64,000 nt of DNA from an uncultured Gammaproteobacteria bacterium (GCA_964512695.1 CAZEJU010000004.1:12656-76655), one strand, 5' to 3'; counted from the stretch's first letter, positions 19,536 through 30,524 are shown. Program-made: numbers and translations. The notes: generated by a model not told the origin, from the sequence alone.

Positions 19536-19907
19536 ATGTCTGATCTCGATAAATTAACGAGAAGTATTATTAAATTCCGAGATGCCAGGAATTGGAAACA
19601 ATTCCATAACCCTAAAGATCTATCGCTTTCTTTAGTACTAGAAGCTACTGAAGTAATGGAACATTTCCAATGGAAGAGTAAAGAAGAAATCGAAGGATAT
19701 ATAAAAACGAATAGAGATGCTATCGCAGAAGAACTTGCAGATACGCTTTACTGGATTCTTTTACTAAGCAATGACTTGCATATAGATATTGGAGAGGCGT
19801 TAAAGAAAAAAATGGAACAAAATGAAAAAAAATACCCAGTAGAAAATCAAAAAATTCACATAAAAAATATACAGAACTATAATGATGGAATACAATACCA
19901 CGACTGA
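19536..19907 (+). CDS. MazG-like nucleotide pyrophosphohydrolase; probable frameshift near the C-terminus
   Basis: FRDARNWKQFHNPKDL, EELAD, KKYPVE; leaderless TATAAT-6nt-ATG. Confidence 0.88.
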   Translation: MSDLDKLTRSIIKFRDARNWKQFHNPKDLSLSLVLEATEVMEHFQWKSKEEIEGYIKTNRDAIAEELADTLYWILLLSNDLHIDIGEALKKKMEQNEKKYPVENQKIHIKNIQNYNDGIQYHD

Positions 19908-19946
19908 TTACATATGCCCCTGTCTGCTATAGGATATAATTAATTC

Positions 19947-20561
19947 ATGAATAGAGAATACGATCTCATACGATTTGAAAAAGCAAGTGATTTTAACATG
20001 CGAAAGTTCGACGCTAGCAAAAAAACTAAAAGAAAGCTTACCGAACAGCCTACATGGATACATAGTAATAGAGTAGCAACAATACTCTATCAAGTTGGAG
20101 CTGATGAAGATACGATAGTGGCAGGTTATGTACATGACACACTTGAAGACACTGAAACGACATACGAAGAGTTAGTTAAAAACTTTGGAGAAAATGTCGC
20201 GAGACTTGTTTATGCAGTTACGGAAAAAGATAGATCACTTCCATGGAGAGAAAGAAAACAAAGGGCTAGAGCAGAAATCGTAACAATGTCCGAAGACGAA
20301 CAGTTATTAAAAACCGCTGATCTTATCGATAATATTACTGATTTCATTATTTCATACCCAGATCGTGGAGATAGTATGTTTGAAATATTTAATGCAGGAA
20401 AAACTAACCAGTACGACCGTTTCAGAAAACTTGCTGAAACATTACGGAATACATGGTCAGATAATCCTTTACTCCCTGAGTTCGAAAAAGCCATACAACA
20501 CTACGAGATTGTGGTTATGGGTATAAGGCCAAATTCCTACGCAGTAGAACACTTTGCATAA
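19947..20561 (+). CDS. HD-domain protein, small alarmone hydrolase/Mesh1-like
   Basis: AGYVHDTLEDT, VTEKD.SLPW.ERK, LKTADLIDN. Confidence 0.8.
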   Translation: MNREYDLIRFEKASDFNMRKFDASKKTKRKLTEQPTWIHSNRVATILYQVGADEDTIVAGYVHDTLEDTETTYEELVKNFGENVARLVYAVTEKDRSLPWRERKQRARAEIVTMSEDEQLLKTADLIDNITDFIISYPDRGDSMFEIFNAGKTNQYDRFRKLAETLRNTWSDNPLLPEFEKAIQHYEIVVMGIRPNSYAVEHFA

Positions 20562-20599
20562 AAAAACACTTGATCCAGTTCCCCTTCACAAGTGTTTTT
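20562..20599. terminator. Bidirectional terminator between convergent genes
   Basis: AAAAACACTTG...CAAGTGTTTTT. Confidence 0.6.
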
Positions 20600-20619
20600 C
20601 GGAAATAGAAAAAAAGAGA

Positions 20620-20940
20620 TTAATAACCTCCTTGTCTTCTATCGTCTCTTCGGTCAAATCTCTGACCGCCACCATTTCTTGGACCTCGATCTTCTTGAGG
20701 TTTTGCCTCATTGACCTTAATAGGTCTTCCATCGAGTTCTTTTCCATCAAGCATTTCAACTGCTTTTTGTGCTTCTTCTTCCGAACCCATTTCTACAAAT
20801 CCAAATCCTCGAGATCTTCCTGAATTTCTATCTGTTATAACCTTTGCTGAAACAACTGTACCTGCTTGTGAGAAAAAATTACCGAGACTTTCATCTGTGG
20901 TCGCCCATGCGAGACTTCCGACGAATAATTTAGTACTCAT
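20620..20940 (-). CDS. RRM (RNP-1) RNA-binding protein
   Basis: KLFVGSL (RNP2), RGFGFVEM (RNP1), Gly/Arg tail; SD AGGAGGT. Confidence 0.95.
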   Translation of the reverse strand: MSTKLFVGSLAWATTDESLGNFFSQAGTVVSAKVITDRNSGRSRGFGFVEMGSEEEAQKAVEMLDGKELDGRPIKVNEAKPQEDRGPRNGGGQRFDRRDDRRQGGY

Positions 20941-21111
20941 GATAACCTCCTTTCTTTTCAAATTGTGGAAAGCACTGGTTATCGTACTAGGGGAACTTTT
21001 AAAAATAAAAGCTGAACCTAAACTAACACACGCAGTCTTATCTACACTAACCGAAGTATATCATATCGTACAAAAAAAGCAATCAACAGTCTGGTATAAT
21101 AAAATGCAATC

Positions 21112-21891
21112 ATGAATGATTATAGAACTTTTGCAATTGAACTGGCCCAAAAAGCTGGAGAGATTATGAAAGCTAACTTCTCGCTTGGCATGAAGAAAGA
21201 GTGGAAAGCAGATCATACACCTCTCACGGTTACAGATACTTCAATAAATGAATTAGTTCTAAACTCAATCAAAGACGCATACCCTGAACACTCAATCCTC
21301 GCTGAAGAAGGCAGTCATTTAATAAAAGACTCTGAATATACATGGGTATGTGATCCTATTGACGGAACAATTCCTTTTTCTCATGGAATACCCATATCCA
21401 CGTTCACCTTAGCTTTAACAAGAAATGGTGAAAGTATATTTGGTATTATTTATGATCCGTATCTTAATCGACTATTTACCGGGGAGAAAGGAAAAGGCGC
21501 ATTTTTACATAACAAACGAATCTATGTTTCAGAATTATCTAGCCTCGCAGCTACTGCTATGAATATCGAAGCCTTTAAAGGAGCAACATATAATTTAATA
21601 GGTATCCAGGAAAAACTCTACGAAAAAAAAGTTAAACTATTTACTCTCTGCTCATATATTTATTCTGCTGCATTGGTCAGTTGTGGAGAATTAATAGGAG
21701 CAATATTTGCAAGTAAAACACCTTGGGATGTAGCAGCTGCAAAAATAATCATCGACGAAGCTGGAGGAAAAGCTACGGACCTTTTCGGAAACGACCAACG
21801 ATATGATAAAGATATAAAAGGTTTCGTGGCAAGTAATGGCCTAGTCCATGATGAGTTACTGCAGTTAATCAAGACTACTCTTAAGGTCTGA
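21112..21891 (+). CDS. Inositol monophosphatase family
   Basis: AEE, WVCDPIDGT, PWDVAAA..EAGG. Confidence 0.92.
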   Translation: MNDYRTFAIELAQKAGEIMKANFSLGMKKEWKADHTPLTVTDTSINELVLNSIKDAYPEHSILAEEGSHLIKDSEYTWVCDPIDGTIPFSHGIPISTFTLALTRNGESIFGIIYDPYLNRLFTGEKGKGAFLHNKRIYVSELSSLAATAMNIEAFKGATYNLIGIQEKLYEKKVKLFTLCSYIYSAALVSCGELIGAIFASKTPWDVAAAKIIIDEAGGKATDLFGNDQRYDKDIKGFVASNGLVHDELLQLIKTTLKV

Positions 21892-22038
21892 TTATTAGAA
21901 ATCTTCAAGAATTAACTAACCGAATACAATGCTACATCTTATTTGCACTTTTTTACTGGCATAATTTCATTCATTATTGATTTCTAGAAAGTAAGTAATT
22001 GTATTCAAATTATACATATAGTAGGATACAACTACTCA

Positions 22039-23208
22039 ATGCTACAGCTATATAACTCCCTAACAAATAAAAAAGAGACATTTACTCCCATAAATGATAA
22101 AAAGGTCTTACTATACGTTTGTGGTATTACACCTTATGACACAACTCACCTCGGACATGCCTTCACATACATGATATTCGATGTACTGCAGAGATATCTA
22201 CACTTCTCTGGTTATACAGTAAAATATGCACAAAACGTCACTGATATAGACGATGATATTCTTAAAAAAGCTAAAGAGGTAAAAAAAGATTGGAAAGAAC
22301 TCGGAAATTACTGGACTGAACGATTTCTTAAAGATTTAGACTATTTACACATTCAATCTCCAACTCATTACGTTAAAGCAACAGATTCATTATCTACGAT
22401 CATTAAAATTATTCAGCAGCTTGAAAGAGAATCAATAGCATATAACCGTCATGGTACATTGTACTTCGATGTACAAAAATTTCTTCCATATGGCAAATTA
22501 TCGAAATACTCTTTTGAAGACATGCTGTTACTATTAAAAGAACGAGGCGGTAATCCAGACGATCCTGAAAAAAAATACCCTCTCGACTTCATTCTTTGGC
22601 AGCCTTCTCGAGATGATGAACCTTTTTGGAAGTCTCCATGGGGAAACGGAAGACCTGGATGGCATATCGAATGTTCTGCAATGAATTTTGATTATCTAGG
22701 TGAACAAATTGATATCCACGGAGGTGGTGCTGATCTCATCTACCCTCATCATGAAAGTGAAATCGCTCAGTCTGAAACGTTTACTCGAAAAAAACCATTT
22801 ACTAAACATTGGATGCATATTGCAATGGTTCGTTATCAAGGGGAAAAAATGTCAAAGTCACTAGGTAATTTAATCATGATATCAAACCTTCAGGAACAAT
22901 ATAGCTCTAACGCTGTTCGATACACGCTTTTATCTCATCATTACCGTGAAACTTGGGAATTTCAAGAAAGTGAATTGGCTGAAGCGCAAAAAACAGTAGA
23001 ATCAATTGAAAAAAATATTAGATTATTTAGAAATCTACCCCCAGCTCCCCATGATAATCATTATATGAAACAATTTATCGAATTTATGAATGATGATATA
23101 AACACACCAGCTGTATTAAAACTTTTAACCACGTTACAAAAGAGAAAAGAAGCAATTGATGCTACACAAGCACTTCATACAATATTTACTCAACTTGGAT
23201 TTCAATAA
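22039..23208 (+). CDS. CysRS paralog lacking the anticodon-binding domain (MshC-like cysteine ligase)
   Basis: YVCGITPYDTTHLGHA (MshC-type), GRPGWHIECSAM, KMSKS; only 389 aa. Confidence 0.75.
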   Translation: MLQLYNSLTNKKETFTPINDKKVLLYVCGITPYDTTHLGHAFTYMIFDVLQRYLHFSGYTVKYAQNVTDIDDDILKKAKEVKKDWKELGNYWTERFLKDLDYLHIQSPTHYVKATDSLSTIIKIIQQLERESIAYNRHGTLYFDVQKFLPYGKLSKYSFEDMLLLLKERGGNPDDPEKKYPLDFILWQPSRDDEPFWKSPWGNGRPGWHIECSAMNFDYLGEQIDIHGGGADLIYPHHESEIAQSETFTRKKPFTKHWMHIAMVRYQGEKMSKSLGNLIMISNLQEQYSSNAVRYTLLSHHYRETWEFQESELAEAQKTVESIEKNIRLFRNLPPAPHDNHYMKQFIEFMNDDINTPAVLKLLTTLQKRKEAIDATQALHTIFTQLGFQ

Positions 23209-23256
23209 AATTATGTATTAAATATTAGATTTTGGCACAGATTGACCTGGAAGAAG

Positions 23257-25665
23257 TTAATCCGCGGGTACTGGTTGGGTGGCATGAGCATGTATCATCG
23301 GATGAGATGTAGCAAGTGCCTCATCGTTTTTCTTTCTCTTAACTTTTACAGGCTTCACGAAAGCGAGATCCAAAACTTCATCCATGTGAGAGACAAACTT
23401 AAATTCCAAATCTTTCAACACTTCTTTTGGTACATCCTCTAGATCTTTCTCATTATCCTTTGGCATGATAATCATCTTTAATCCTGCACGGTGTGCTGCA
23501 ATAATTTTTTCTTTCACTCCACCAATTTCGAGTACTTTTCCTCGTAACGTTACCTCTCCAGTCATACCTACTGTACGCTTGATAGCGTTCTTTGTTAACG
23601 CAGAAGCAATGGCAGTAGTGATAGCAATACCTGCTGATGGACCATCTTTAGGAGTAGCCCCTTCTGGAACATGAACATGGACATCTAACTTTTGATAAAA
23701 TTTATCCGATAGTCCTAATTCAGCCGCCCGGGAACGAATATATGACATCGCGGCTTGACAGGACTCTTTCATAACGTCACCTAGCTGCCCAGTAAGAATC
23801 AGTTGACCTCTTCCAGGCATAAGTGCTACTTCTATGAATAGAATATCTCCACCTGCTTCAGTCCATGCGAGACCAGTTGCTTGACCTATTTCATCTTTTT
23901 TCTCAATTAACGTAGCACTGTATTTAATAGGTCCAAGATAAGTAGGAATATCAGTAGCTTTTACCATAATCTTTTCTTTTTCACCTTCAGCGATTTTCTT
24001 CGCTATTTTACGTAATACTGTGGCTATTTTCCTCTCAAGATTTCTTACACCGGCTTCTCTCGTATAATGGAGAATAATAAAACGTAATGCTTCGTCTGTA
24101 AGGTCTACCATTTCATTTTTTAGACCATGTGCTTCCATTTGTTTCTTAATAAGGTATTCTTTGGAAATTTTAAATTTTTCATCATGCGTATATCCTGTAA
24201 ATTGAATTATTTCTAGTCGATCTCGAAGCGCTGGGGGGATAGTATCGAGAACATTTGCTGTTGTGATAAACATGACATTTGATAAATCAAACGGTACTTC
24301 AAGGTAATGATCTGAAAATTGCGAATTTTGTTCTGGATCGAGTGCCTCTAGAAGAGCCGACGAAGGATCACCCCGAAAATCTGTTCCTACCTTATCGATT
24401 TCATCAAGCATAAAAACTGGATTTTTAGTTTCTGCATCTTTAATGCCTTGAATAATTCGTCCCGGCAGAGCGCCGACATACGTTCTTCTATGTCCTCTAA
24501 TTTCCGCCTCATCCCGAATACCTCCGAGAGAAACCCGAACAAATTTCCTACCTAATGCTCTGGCAATAGATTTACCGATAGATGTTTTACCAACACCGGG
24601 AGGACCAGCAAAACAAAGGATAGGTCCTTTAATCTTACCAGCTAGTTGATTTACCGCTAGATACTCTATAATTCTTTCTTTTGCTTTCTGTAATGCATAA
24701 TGATCTTCATCGAGTATTTTTTCCGCTGCTTTTATATCATTATTGCTTTTACTTTCCTTATTCCAGGGAACACTAATAAGCCAGTCTAAATAATTTCGGA
24801 TATAACCAACCTCAGGATTGAACTGGTTCATACCCTGTAATTTTTTCAATTCTTTTTCTGCTTTCTCACGAACTTCATCTGGCATGCCAGCTGCTTTAAT
24901 TTTTTGCATTAACTCTTTGGTGTCGTCATCACCATCTGTATCATTCAATTCTCTTTGAATTGTCTTTAATCGTTCTCGTAGCATTGCTTCTCGTGCGCCT
25001 TTTTCGAATCGTTCTTGTGTCTTTGAAGCAATTTTCTTTTCTAGCTCTAGTACTTTAATTTCTTTCGCGAGAAGCTCTGTCAATTTTTGTAATCTCTTTT
25101 TAACATCTGAAATTTCCAGAAGTTCCTGTCGCTCAACAGGTTTTAAATCTAATGCAGATGCGATGAGATCTGAAAGTTCAGAAGGAGAATTCTCAGACAT
25201 AATATTCATGAAAACGAGAAAATCCGCAGACTTACCGAAATTCATTGCTCTTCGAAACTCATTTGTTAGATGGTTACATAATGCAGTTATTTCTGGAGTA
25301 TTCTCGATAACATCTGGTATTTCTTCAACCCGTGCCATCAAGAATGAATCATGTTGTTCGAAAGATAAAATTTTCACTCGTGAGAGTCCACGAACTTGTG
25401 CATTAATTTCGCCATCGGCCCGAATCATCCTTTCAATTCGTGATAAAGTTCCTACACTAAATAGATCAGTTGTGGAAGGATCATTAATTCTCGAGTTTTT
25501 TTGCAAAACGAAGCATACAATTCTTTCATGCTGGAAGGAAGATTCTAAAGCAGCAAGACTTTTCGGCCGGCCAAAGGTAAGCACTGAATCTGTATTAGGA
25601 AAAATGATACCATCTCTTATCGGGATTATTGGAACTATTTTTTGTTGTGTGTTATTTTCTTCCAT
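23257..25665 (-). CDS. lon: ATP-dependent protease La
   Basis: [27 protein letters not shown]. Confidence 0.97.
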   Translation of the reverse strand: MEENNTQQKIVPIIPIRDGIIFPNTDSVLTFGRPKSLAALESSFQHERIVCFVLQKNSRINDPSTTDLFSVGTLSRIERMIRADGEINAQVRGLSRVKILSFEQHDSFLMARVEEIPDVIENTPEITALCNHLTNEFRRAMNFGKSADFLVFMNIMSENSPSELSDLIASALDLKPVERQELLEISDVKKRLQKLTELLAKEIKVLELEKKIASKTQERFEKGAREAMLRERLKTIQRELNDTDGDDDTKELMQKIKAAGMPDEVREKAEKELKKLQGMNQFNPEVGYIRNYLDWLISVPWNKESKSNNDIKAAEKILDEDHYALQKAKERIIEYLAVNQLAGKIKGPILCFAGPPGVGKTSIGKSIARALGRKFVRVSLGGIRDEAEIRGHRRTYVGALPGRIIQGIKDAETKNPVFMLDEIDKVGTDFRGDPSSALLEALDPEQNSQFSDHYLEVPFDLSNVMFITTANVLDTIPPALRDRLEIIQFTGYTHDEKFKISKEYLIKKQMEAHGLKNEMVDLTDEALRFIILHYTREAGVRNLERKIATVLRKIAKKIAEGEKEKIMVKATDIPTYLGPIKYSATLIEKKDEIGQATGLAWTEAGGDILFIEVALMPGRGQLILTGQLGDVMKESCQAAMSYIRSRAAELGLSDKFYQKLDVHVHVPEGATPKDGPSAGIAITTAIASALTKNAIKRTVGMTGEVTLRGKVLEIGGVKEKIIAAHRAGLKMIIMPKDNEKDLEDVPKEVLKDLEFKFVSHMDEVLDLAFVKPVKVKRKKNDEALATSHPMIHAHATQPVPAD

Positions 25666-26034
25666 AAATGGGTATGTATTAGTGGTGAATGTATAGAACC
25701 ATTAGCAATCTATCATACTGTTTGCTAATTGTCAACCCCCTTATTAAAAAGTTTGAGATGGAAGTTCGGGGACTTGAAATTGATAGAATAAAATCTTCAG
25801 ATATTGATTCTAATAATTCAGGCTTTCTCGATTCAGTATTCAATAATCAAGGATATCAACTTCTAAATCTTAAAACATCCAATTTTAGAGTGCAACTAGG
25901 TTACCATGTACGAAATCAATCCACAAGTGATCAAACTATAACATTTTTTTCTTGCGTAAGAAATAAGTTAGGTTACATTTTTTAACTTTTTTTCTATCGA
26001 ATTACTTCTTTGGGTATGCTACACTTCTTACATT

Positions 26035-26565
26035 ATGAATAACAAAAAAACATTTGATCAAAACGAGAGAAGACAACGATCACTATTGCGAAGGCTGAAC
26101 TCACGCGAAGGTAAACTTGCTGAAAAAATAACTAACTTTGCAGGCAGTATGGATTTCGTATATTTTCATGCATTATGGTTTATGATATGGATTGGTATAA
26201 ACCAAGGTTATTTTAAACCTTATATACCTATTTTTGATCCATTTCCATATGGACTCTTAACTATGGTCGTATCTCTTGAGGCTATTTTTTTATCGACCTT
26301 TATTATGGTAGCTCAAAACCGACAATCGTTATTGGATAAATATAGAGATTTGGAAGAAGATATAGAAGAGAGAGAAGAAGAGATTGAGCAGCAGGAGTTA
26401 GAAGAAGATGTAGAAGGATTACAAGAAGACGTTCAGGATATCCAAAAAGATATGGACACGATACAAAAAGATCTTGATCAAATCATAAATTCAATTACAA
26501 CGTTACAGCAAAAGTTATCAAATACAATTGATAAAACGAGAACGGAAAATCAAATCAAAGGATAG
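26035..26565 (+). CDS. DUF1003 membrane protein with acidic coiled-coil tail
   Basis: FDPFPYGLLTMVVSLEAIFLSTFIM..QNRQ, then heptads LQEDVQDIQKDMDTIQKDLDQI. Confidence 0.88.
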   Translation: MNNKKTFDQNERRQRSLLRRLNSREGKLAEKITNFAGSMDFVYFHALWFMIWIGINQGYFKPYIPIFDPFPYGLLTMVVSLEAIFLSTFIMVAQNRQSLLDKYRDLEEDIEEREEEIEQQELEEDVEGLQEDVQDIQKDMDTIQKDLDQIINSITTLQQKLSNTIDKTRTENQIKG

Positions 26566-26902
26566 AGCGTTCGACTTTACCTAATAAATCACCAATATCG
26601 AATGGTTTTTCTAATACATCATGCGCGCCTATTTTTTCCGCTAACTCTTTGACATTCTGCTGCGCTGAAAGAAGTATAATAGGCACATCTGTAATGTATT
26701 TTATAACCTCAGCACTATCTCTCCCCCATAACCAACCATCTAATAAAACTAATGAAAATTTTTCAATTTTAAGAGCATGAACAATATTCTCAAATGATGC
26801 TGGGCATATCACTATATACCCTGCATCTTCTAATACAGTAGTCGTGATTTCTGCTATCGCATCATCATCTTCTGCAAGAAGAATCTTTTTGCCTTTTTTC
26901 AT
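26555..26902 (-). CDS. Single-domain response regulator (CheY-like)
   Basis: AEDD, LLD, LSA, KPF motifs. Confidence 0.88.
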   Translation of the reverse strand: MKKGKKILLAEDDDAIAEITTTVLEDAGYIVICPASFENIVHALKIEKFSLVLLDGWLWGRDSAEVIKYITDVPIILLSAQQNVKELAEKIGAHDVLEKPFDIGDLLGKVERSIL

Positions 26903-27014
26903 GAATGTATACTATCATATTTTTTAACTACACAAAAAAACTCCTCAGGTAAGCAACGTCTTATTCCTTTATTGTAGACCGAATGCAAAGGATCAACGTA
27001 TATATAAATCGTAT

Positions 27015-27266
27015 CTATATATTCCTATATGCAGTTGTAAATAATACAAAACAGGCTCCACAAATAGCTATAAAGAATGAAACTAGACTAAATTGTTCAA
27101 TAGGAATATTAAGAATGATATTTGTTAACAGTCCAGTAATTATCGCTCCTCCTACGCTAAGCATGAATGTATATTTATTTCGTAAGGAAGGTTCGAGAAT
27201 ATACGAAAGTCCTCCAACCACACTTCCGAAAATTATCCATGTTAGAAAATTTGTAAACATACTCAT
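27015..27266 (-). CDS. Divergent GlsB/YeaQ/YmgE-like small membrane protein
   Basis: WIIFG..VG...P...GGA..G...SF..AI.GA pattern, paralogous to 39199-39450. Confidence 0.65.
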   Translation of the reverse strand: MSMFTNFLTWIIFGSVVGGLSYILEPSLRNKYTFMLSVGGAIITGLLTNIILNIPIEQFSLVSFFIAICGACFVLFTTAYRNI

Positions 27267-27310
27267 GATGCGATACTAAACTGTACTGATAAGATATAAA
27301 GCATAAAAAA

Positions 27311-27383
27311 GTAAGGATTATGTAAACATGCATACCTTTAGAAAAATTATGATAATTCTTACGATGGTTTTACGTATATTTAC
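27311..27383. promoter_or_regulatory. Back-to-back 11-bp repeat boxes in a divergent promoter
   Basis: GTAAG/GTAAA at 27311/27322 facing left; CTTAC/TTTAC/TTTAC at 27358/27369/27379 facing right. Confidence 0.6.
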
Positions 27384-27450
27384 ACGCTTATAACAAACGA
27401 AAATTATTATAGAAAATACATTATGAGCAATCTGCCCAGAAAGAATATCT

Positions 27451-27702
27451 ATGATAATCGTAAATACATTATTAAGAAAACTTGTAGTTTATATAACACA
27501 AAAACGACATTTTTACCTCGTGAAGGTTTGTGCGTGGTGTCCGAAAAGTAGCTATCCGAAGTTACATCTATGGCAGTCATATACGCATGGTTTATGCCGC
27601 AAGCATTACTTGCTTCTCCAGAAAAACCATCAAAGACCACTACCACAGTTCGATTTCGATAAAGTTCTTTCTTTTCTTTTTCCCCATCAGAAAATGGCTT
27701 GA
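27451..27702 (+). CDS. Small putative zinc-binding protein
   Basis: VCAWC...YTHGLCRKH motif. Confidence 0.6.
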   Translation: MIIVNTLLRKLVVYITQKRHFYLVKVCAWCPKSSYPKLHLWQSYTHGLCRKHYLLLQKNHQRPLPQFDFDKVLSFLFPHQKMA

Positions 27703-27809
27703 TCATAAAGATGTATGAATTATTTAATACTCAACGTTGAAATTTTTAGAAGTTTTATAATGACGCCATCACTACTTCATCGGAAATTGCATACAGAAAG
27801 TATGAACAA

Positions 27810-28018
27810 TTAATCTAGGCGTCCTGTATTAGAACCTCCTCTCGGAACTGTTCGATCACTGTCTACCGTAGACGTAACAGTGGTCAGGGGAAAAGCCTGA
27901 GGTTTCTTAGTAGAACTTACATCGCTGTTTGAGTTGAGGATTACCCGAAAACCACATGTGCCGCTAACGTAAGACAAATAAAAAATGTTAATAATGCGAT
28001 AACACTAGTTTTTAACAT
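27810..28018 (-). pseudogene. Degraded small secreted protein with VPxGxxNTG tail
   Basis: SD AAGGAG; signal peptide MLKTSVIALLTFFICLTLAAHVVFG then a stop; a shifted frame ends TVPRGGSNTGRLD*. Confidence 0.45.
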
Positions 28019-28115
28019 ATTCCAACTCCTTTCTTGAAAAGTGTTTATATACGAATGTATTTTATTCGCATCTGAAGCAGATGATAAATGTGTAAGAGCA
28101 ATATAATAAGAGAAA

Positions 28116-30305
28116 TTAACGCAGTATTTGTGTTGGAGATAGTTGTTGAAACTGTTGGATTTGTACTTGTATTTGCTCTTCTTGTTTCTTAAACTCTTTC
28201 TCTATTTCCTGCTTTACTTGTTGCTGAATCTGATCGAGATTACCTGCTTGTGGTCCACCAATATCCTGCCATTTTTTCTGGTTCTTATCTTCTTTATCTT
28301 TTTTACCGTCGATTGGAAAAACAGGTTGGTTTGTAGGCTTAGGAATATAACAAACTCTACTTGGTTCTGTTCCAGCAATGAAATATTCTGTTTTACCACC
28401 TGTACCTACACCCGCTAATAAACCGTTATAGTTACATACCGAACGTTGAGAGATTCCTTCTGGTGGTTCAAATGTTTCAACCGCGGTATCTTTTAAAGTA
28501 TGTTCAAGCAGTGATTTCCATAGAGGAGCTGCACCTAACGACCCTGCAACTCTATCCATGGATGCATTATTATTATTACCCACCCAAACACCCACTACAA
28601 TACCCGGGGTATAACCTATTGTTAATGCATCTTTGTAGTCCTCTGCAGTACCTGTTTTCACAGCTGCAGGTCGTGCTGTATCAAGTTTGTTACCGAAAAC
28701 CTCCATACGCGCATTTCTATCAGATAGAATAGAAGAGATAAGAAACGCTATTTCTTGTTCTAGAACCTGCTCCTGGCTCTTTTTGTGCGTATAAATCATT
28801 TTCCCATGTTTATCTGTAATAGATAATATAGGTGAAAGACCATGTTTCGTTCCTGCATCCGCAAAAGTAGCATATGCATGCGTCATTTCTAAAAGACTTA
28901 CCTCTCCAGTTCCTAAGATAAGTGAAACACCATAGTTTGATGGATCTTTCAATGATGTAATACCTAGACGCCTCGCCATTTCAAGACCAGATGAAATACC
29001 CACTTTTTCCATGACTTCTACAGCAGGCACATTTAAAGAGTTTGCAAGTGCACGTCGAACAAGAACTGTACCGCGAAATGTTCTATCATAATTTTGGGGA
29101 CGATAAGTACGCTGAAATACTGTAGGAACATCTTTTAACGCAGTAGCTGGAGTAATAAGACGTTCTTCGAAGGCTGCAGCATATATAATCGGTTTAAAGG
29201 AAGAACCTGGAGAGCGGGGTGTCGTCGCCATATTAACTTTTCCGAAAGAGGTGTTATACCAGTCCATACTTCCAACTAACGCTTTAATTTCACCATTCTT
29301 AGGGTCGAGAATTACAGCTGCTCCATTCGTAACATTATTTTTCGCAAGATCGAGTACATGTTTTTTAACTGTTTCTTCTGCATATTTCTGTAAAGTAAGG
29401 TCAAGTGATGTTCTCACTTTAAATCCAGACCTGGATATCTGTTCCTCTCCATATTGTTTTTCTAAAATATCTTTTACCATTAAAGCAAAATGAATACCGA
29501 CAGAGTTAATATCTTCTGTTTTTTTAGTAAACGTAAGTGGTTGTTTCTCTATTTCCTTCTTTTTCGCAGTTGTCACGAATTTCATACTTTCCATCGCATT
29601 TAAAACATATGCTTGCCTTTTTCGTACTAATTCACGATTTTCATGTATTGGAGTATATCGAGATGGAGAATGCAAAATACCAGCGAGTATTGATGCTTCT
29701 CCTACAGTAAGTTTTTCTGTTTCTTTCCCGAAAAAAGCTTGCGCTGCTTGTTCAATACCAAAAGCTCCTTCACCGAAATAAACTGAATTAAGATACATTT
29801 CCAGAATTTCATCTTTTTTATAACGCCTTTCTATTTCTTGGGCTAAAATAACTTCCTGATATTTTCTCAAAAAATTTTTTTTGGGTGATAACAGAAGATT
29901 TTTTACAAGTTGTTGAGTAATTGTCGATCCCCCAAATGTTGTCTCCCGTTTCTGAAAATTTAAATAAATCGAACGTAAAATTCCCCGAAGAGAAAAACCC
30001 TGATGTGTATAAAATTCTTTATCTTCAGCAGCTATTATAGCTTGTTGAACGTGCCTCGGAATTTTTGAAAGCGGAATTACCTTCTTATATGTAGCGTCAT
30101 AAAAAGTAAAGAATGGTTTATCGTTTTTATCATAGAGAATGAGTCCTGTGTTTGTCCTATTCATAATATACTCTTTACTAGAAAGGTCTTGAGCGAAATA
30201 GAGATACGTAAAGAATGGTATAAACGCAAGAACAGTAATACTTGAGAGAAAAATAGTAGCGAAGTGAAAACGTACAATTCGTAAATATTTTTTTATTCTT
30301 TTCAT
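28116..30305 (-). CDS. Class A penicillin-binding protein (PBP1A family)
   Basis: AEDKEFY.H.G, GGSTITQQL.KN, SSFK, SLN, KTGT. Confidence 0.95.
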   Translation of the reverse strand: MKRIKKYLRIVRFHFATIFLSSITVLAFIPFFTYLYFAQDLSSKEYIMNRTNTGLILYDKNDKPFFTFYDATYKKVIPLSKIPRHVQQAIIAAEDKEFYTHQGFSLRGILRSIYLNFQKRETTFGGSTITQQLVKNLLLSPKKNFLRKYQEVILAQEIERRYKKDEILEMYLNSVYFGEGAFGIEQAAQAFFGKETEKLTVGEASILAGILHSPSRYTPIHENRELVRKRQAYVLNAMESMKFVTTAKKKEIEKQPLTFTKKTEDINSVGIHFALMVKDILEKQYGEEQISRSGFKVRTSLDLTLQKYAEETVKKHVLDLAKNNVTNGAAVILDPKNGEIKALVGSMDWYNTSFGKVNMATTPRSPGSSFKPIIYAAAFEERLITPATALKDVPTVFQRTYRPQNYDRTFRGTVLVRRALANSLNVPAVEVMEKVGISSGLEMARRLGITSLKDPSNYGVSLILGTGEVSLLEMTHAYATFADAGTKHGLSPILSITDKHGKMIYTHKKSQEQVLEQEIAFLISSILSDRNARMEVFGNKLDTARPAAVKTGTAEDYKDALTIGYTPGIVVGVWVGNNNNASMDRVAGSLGAAPLWKSLLEHTLKDTAVETFEPPEGISQRSVCNYNGLLAGVGTGGKTEYFIAGTEPSRVCYIPKPTNQPVFPIDGKKDKEDKNQKKWQDIGGPQAGNLDQIQQQVKQEIEKEFKKQEEQIQVQIQQFQQLSPTQILR

Positions 30306-30351
30306 ACAGAATTCCCTAACTGTACTATAAAATTTACGATACCCAAAACCT

Positions 30352-30378
30352 GTAAGACAAAGGAAAAAGAAGTGTAAG
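30352..30378 (-). promoter_or_regulatory. 11-bp-period repeat box upstream of PBP1A
   Basis: GTAAG/GAAAA/GTAAG at 30352/30363/30374; TACAGT -10-like element at 30319-30324. Confidence 0.5.
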
Positions 30379-30446
30379 AGGATAACGATTTTTAATTTAT
30401 ATAACCTTTTAAAATTAAATAAAAATTAAAAATTTCAAATTTAAAA

Positions 30447-30524
30447 TTATCTTGCTTTAGCGTATGCTGGTGCTGGTTGAGGAATCAATACTTCTACTAA
30501 TTTTTGGATAAACCGCTTTATCAT
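30447..30524 (-). CDS. 25-aa small protein MIKRFIQKLVEVLIPQPAPAYAKAR
   Basis: Near-perfect SD AAGGAGGTG just before the ATG, in otherwise empty intergenic space. Confidence 0.6.
   Translation of the reverse strand: MIKRFIQKLVEVLIPQPAPAYAKAR

Noticed and set aside
25689-25985. 98-aa ORF upstream of lon
   Set aside because: No motif or clear start signal; likely intergenic. The repeat box at 25956 has no clear target.
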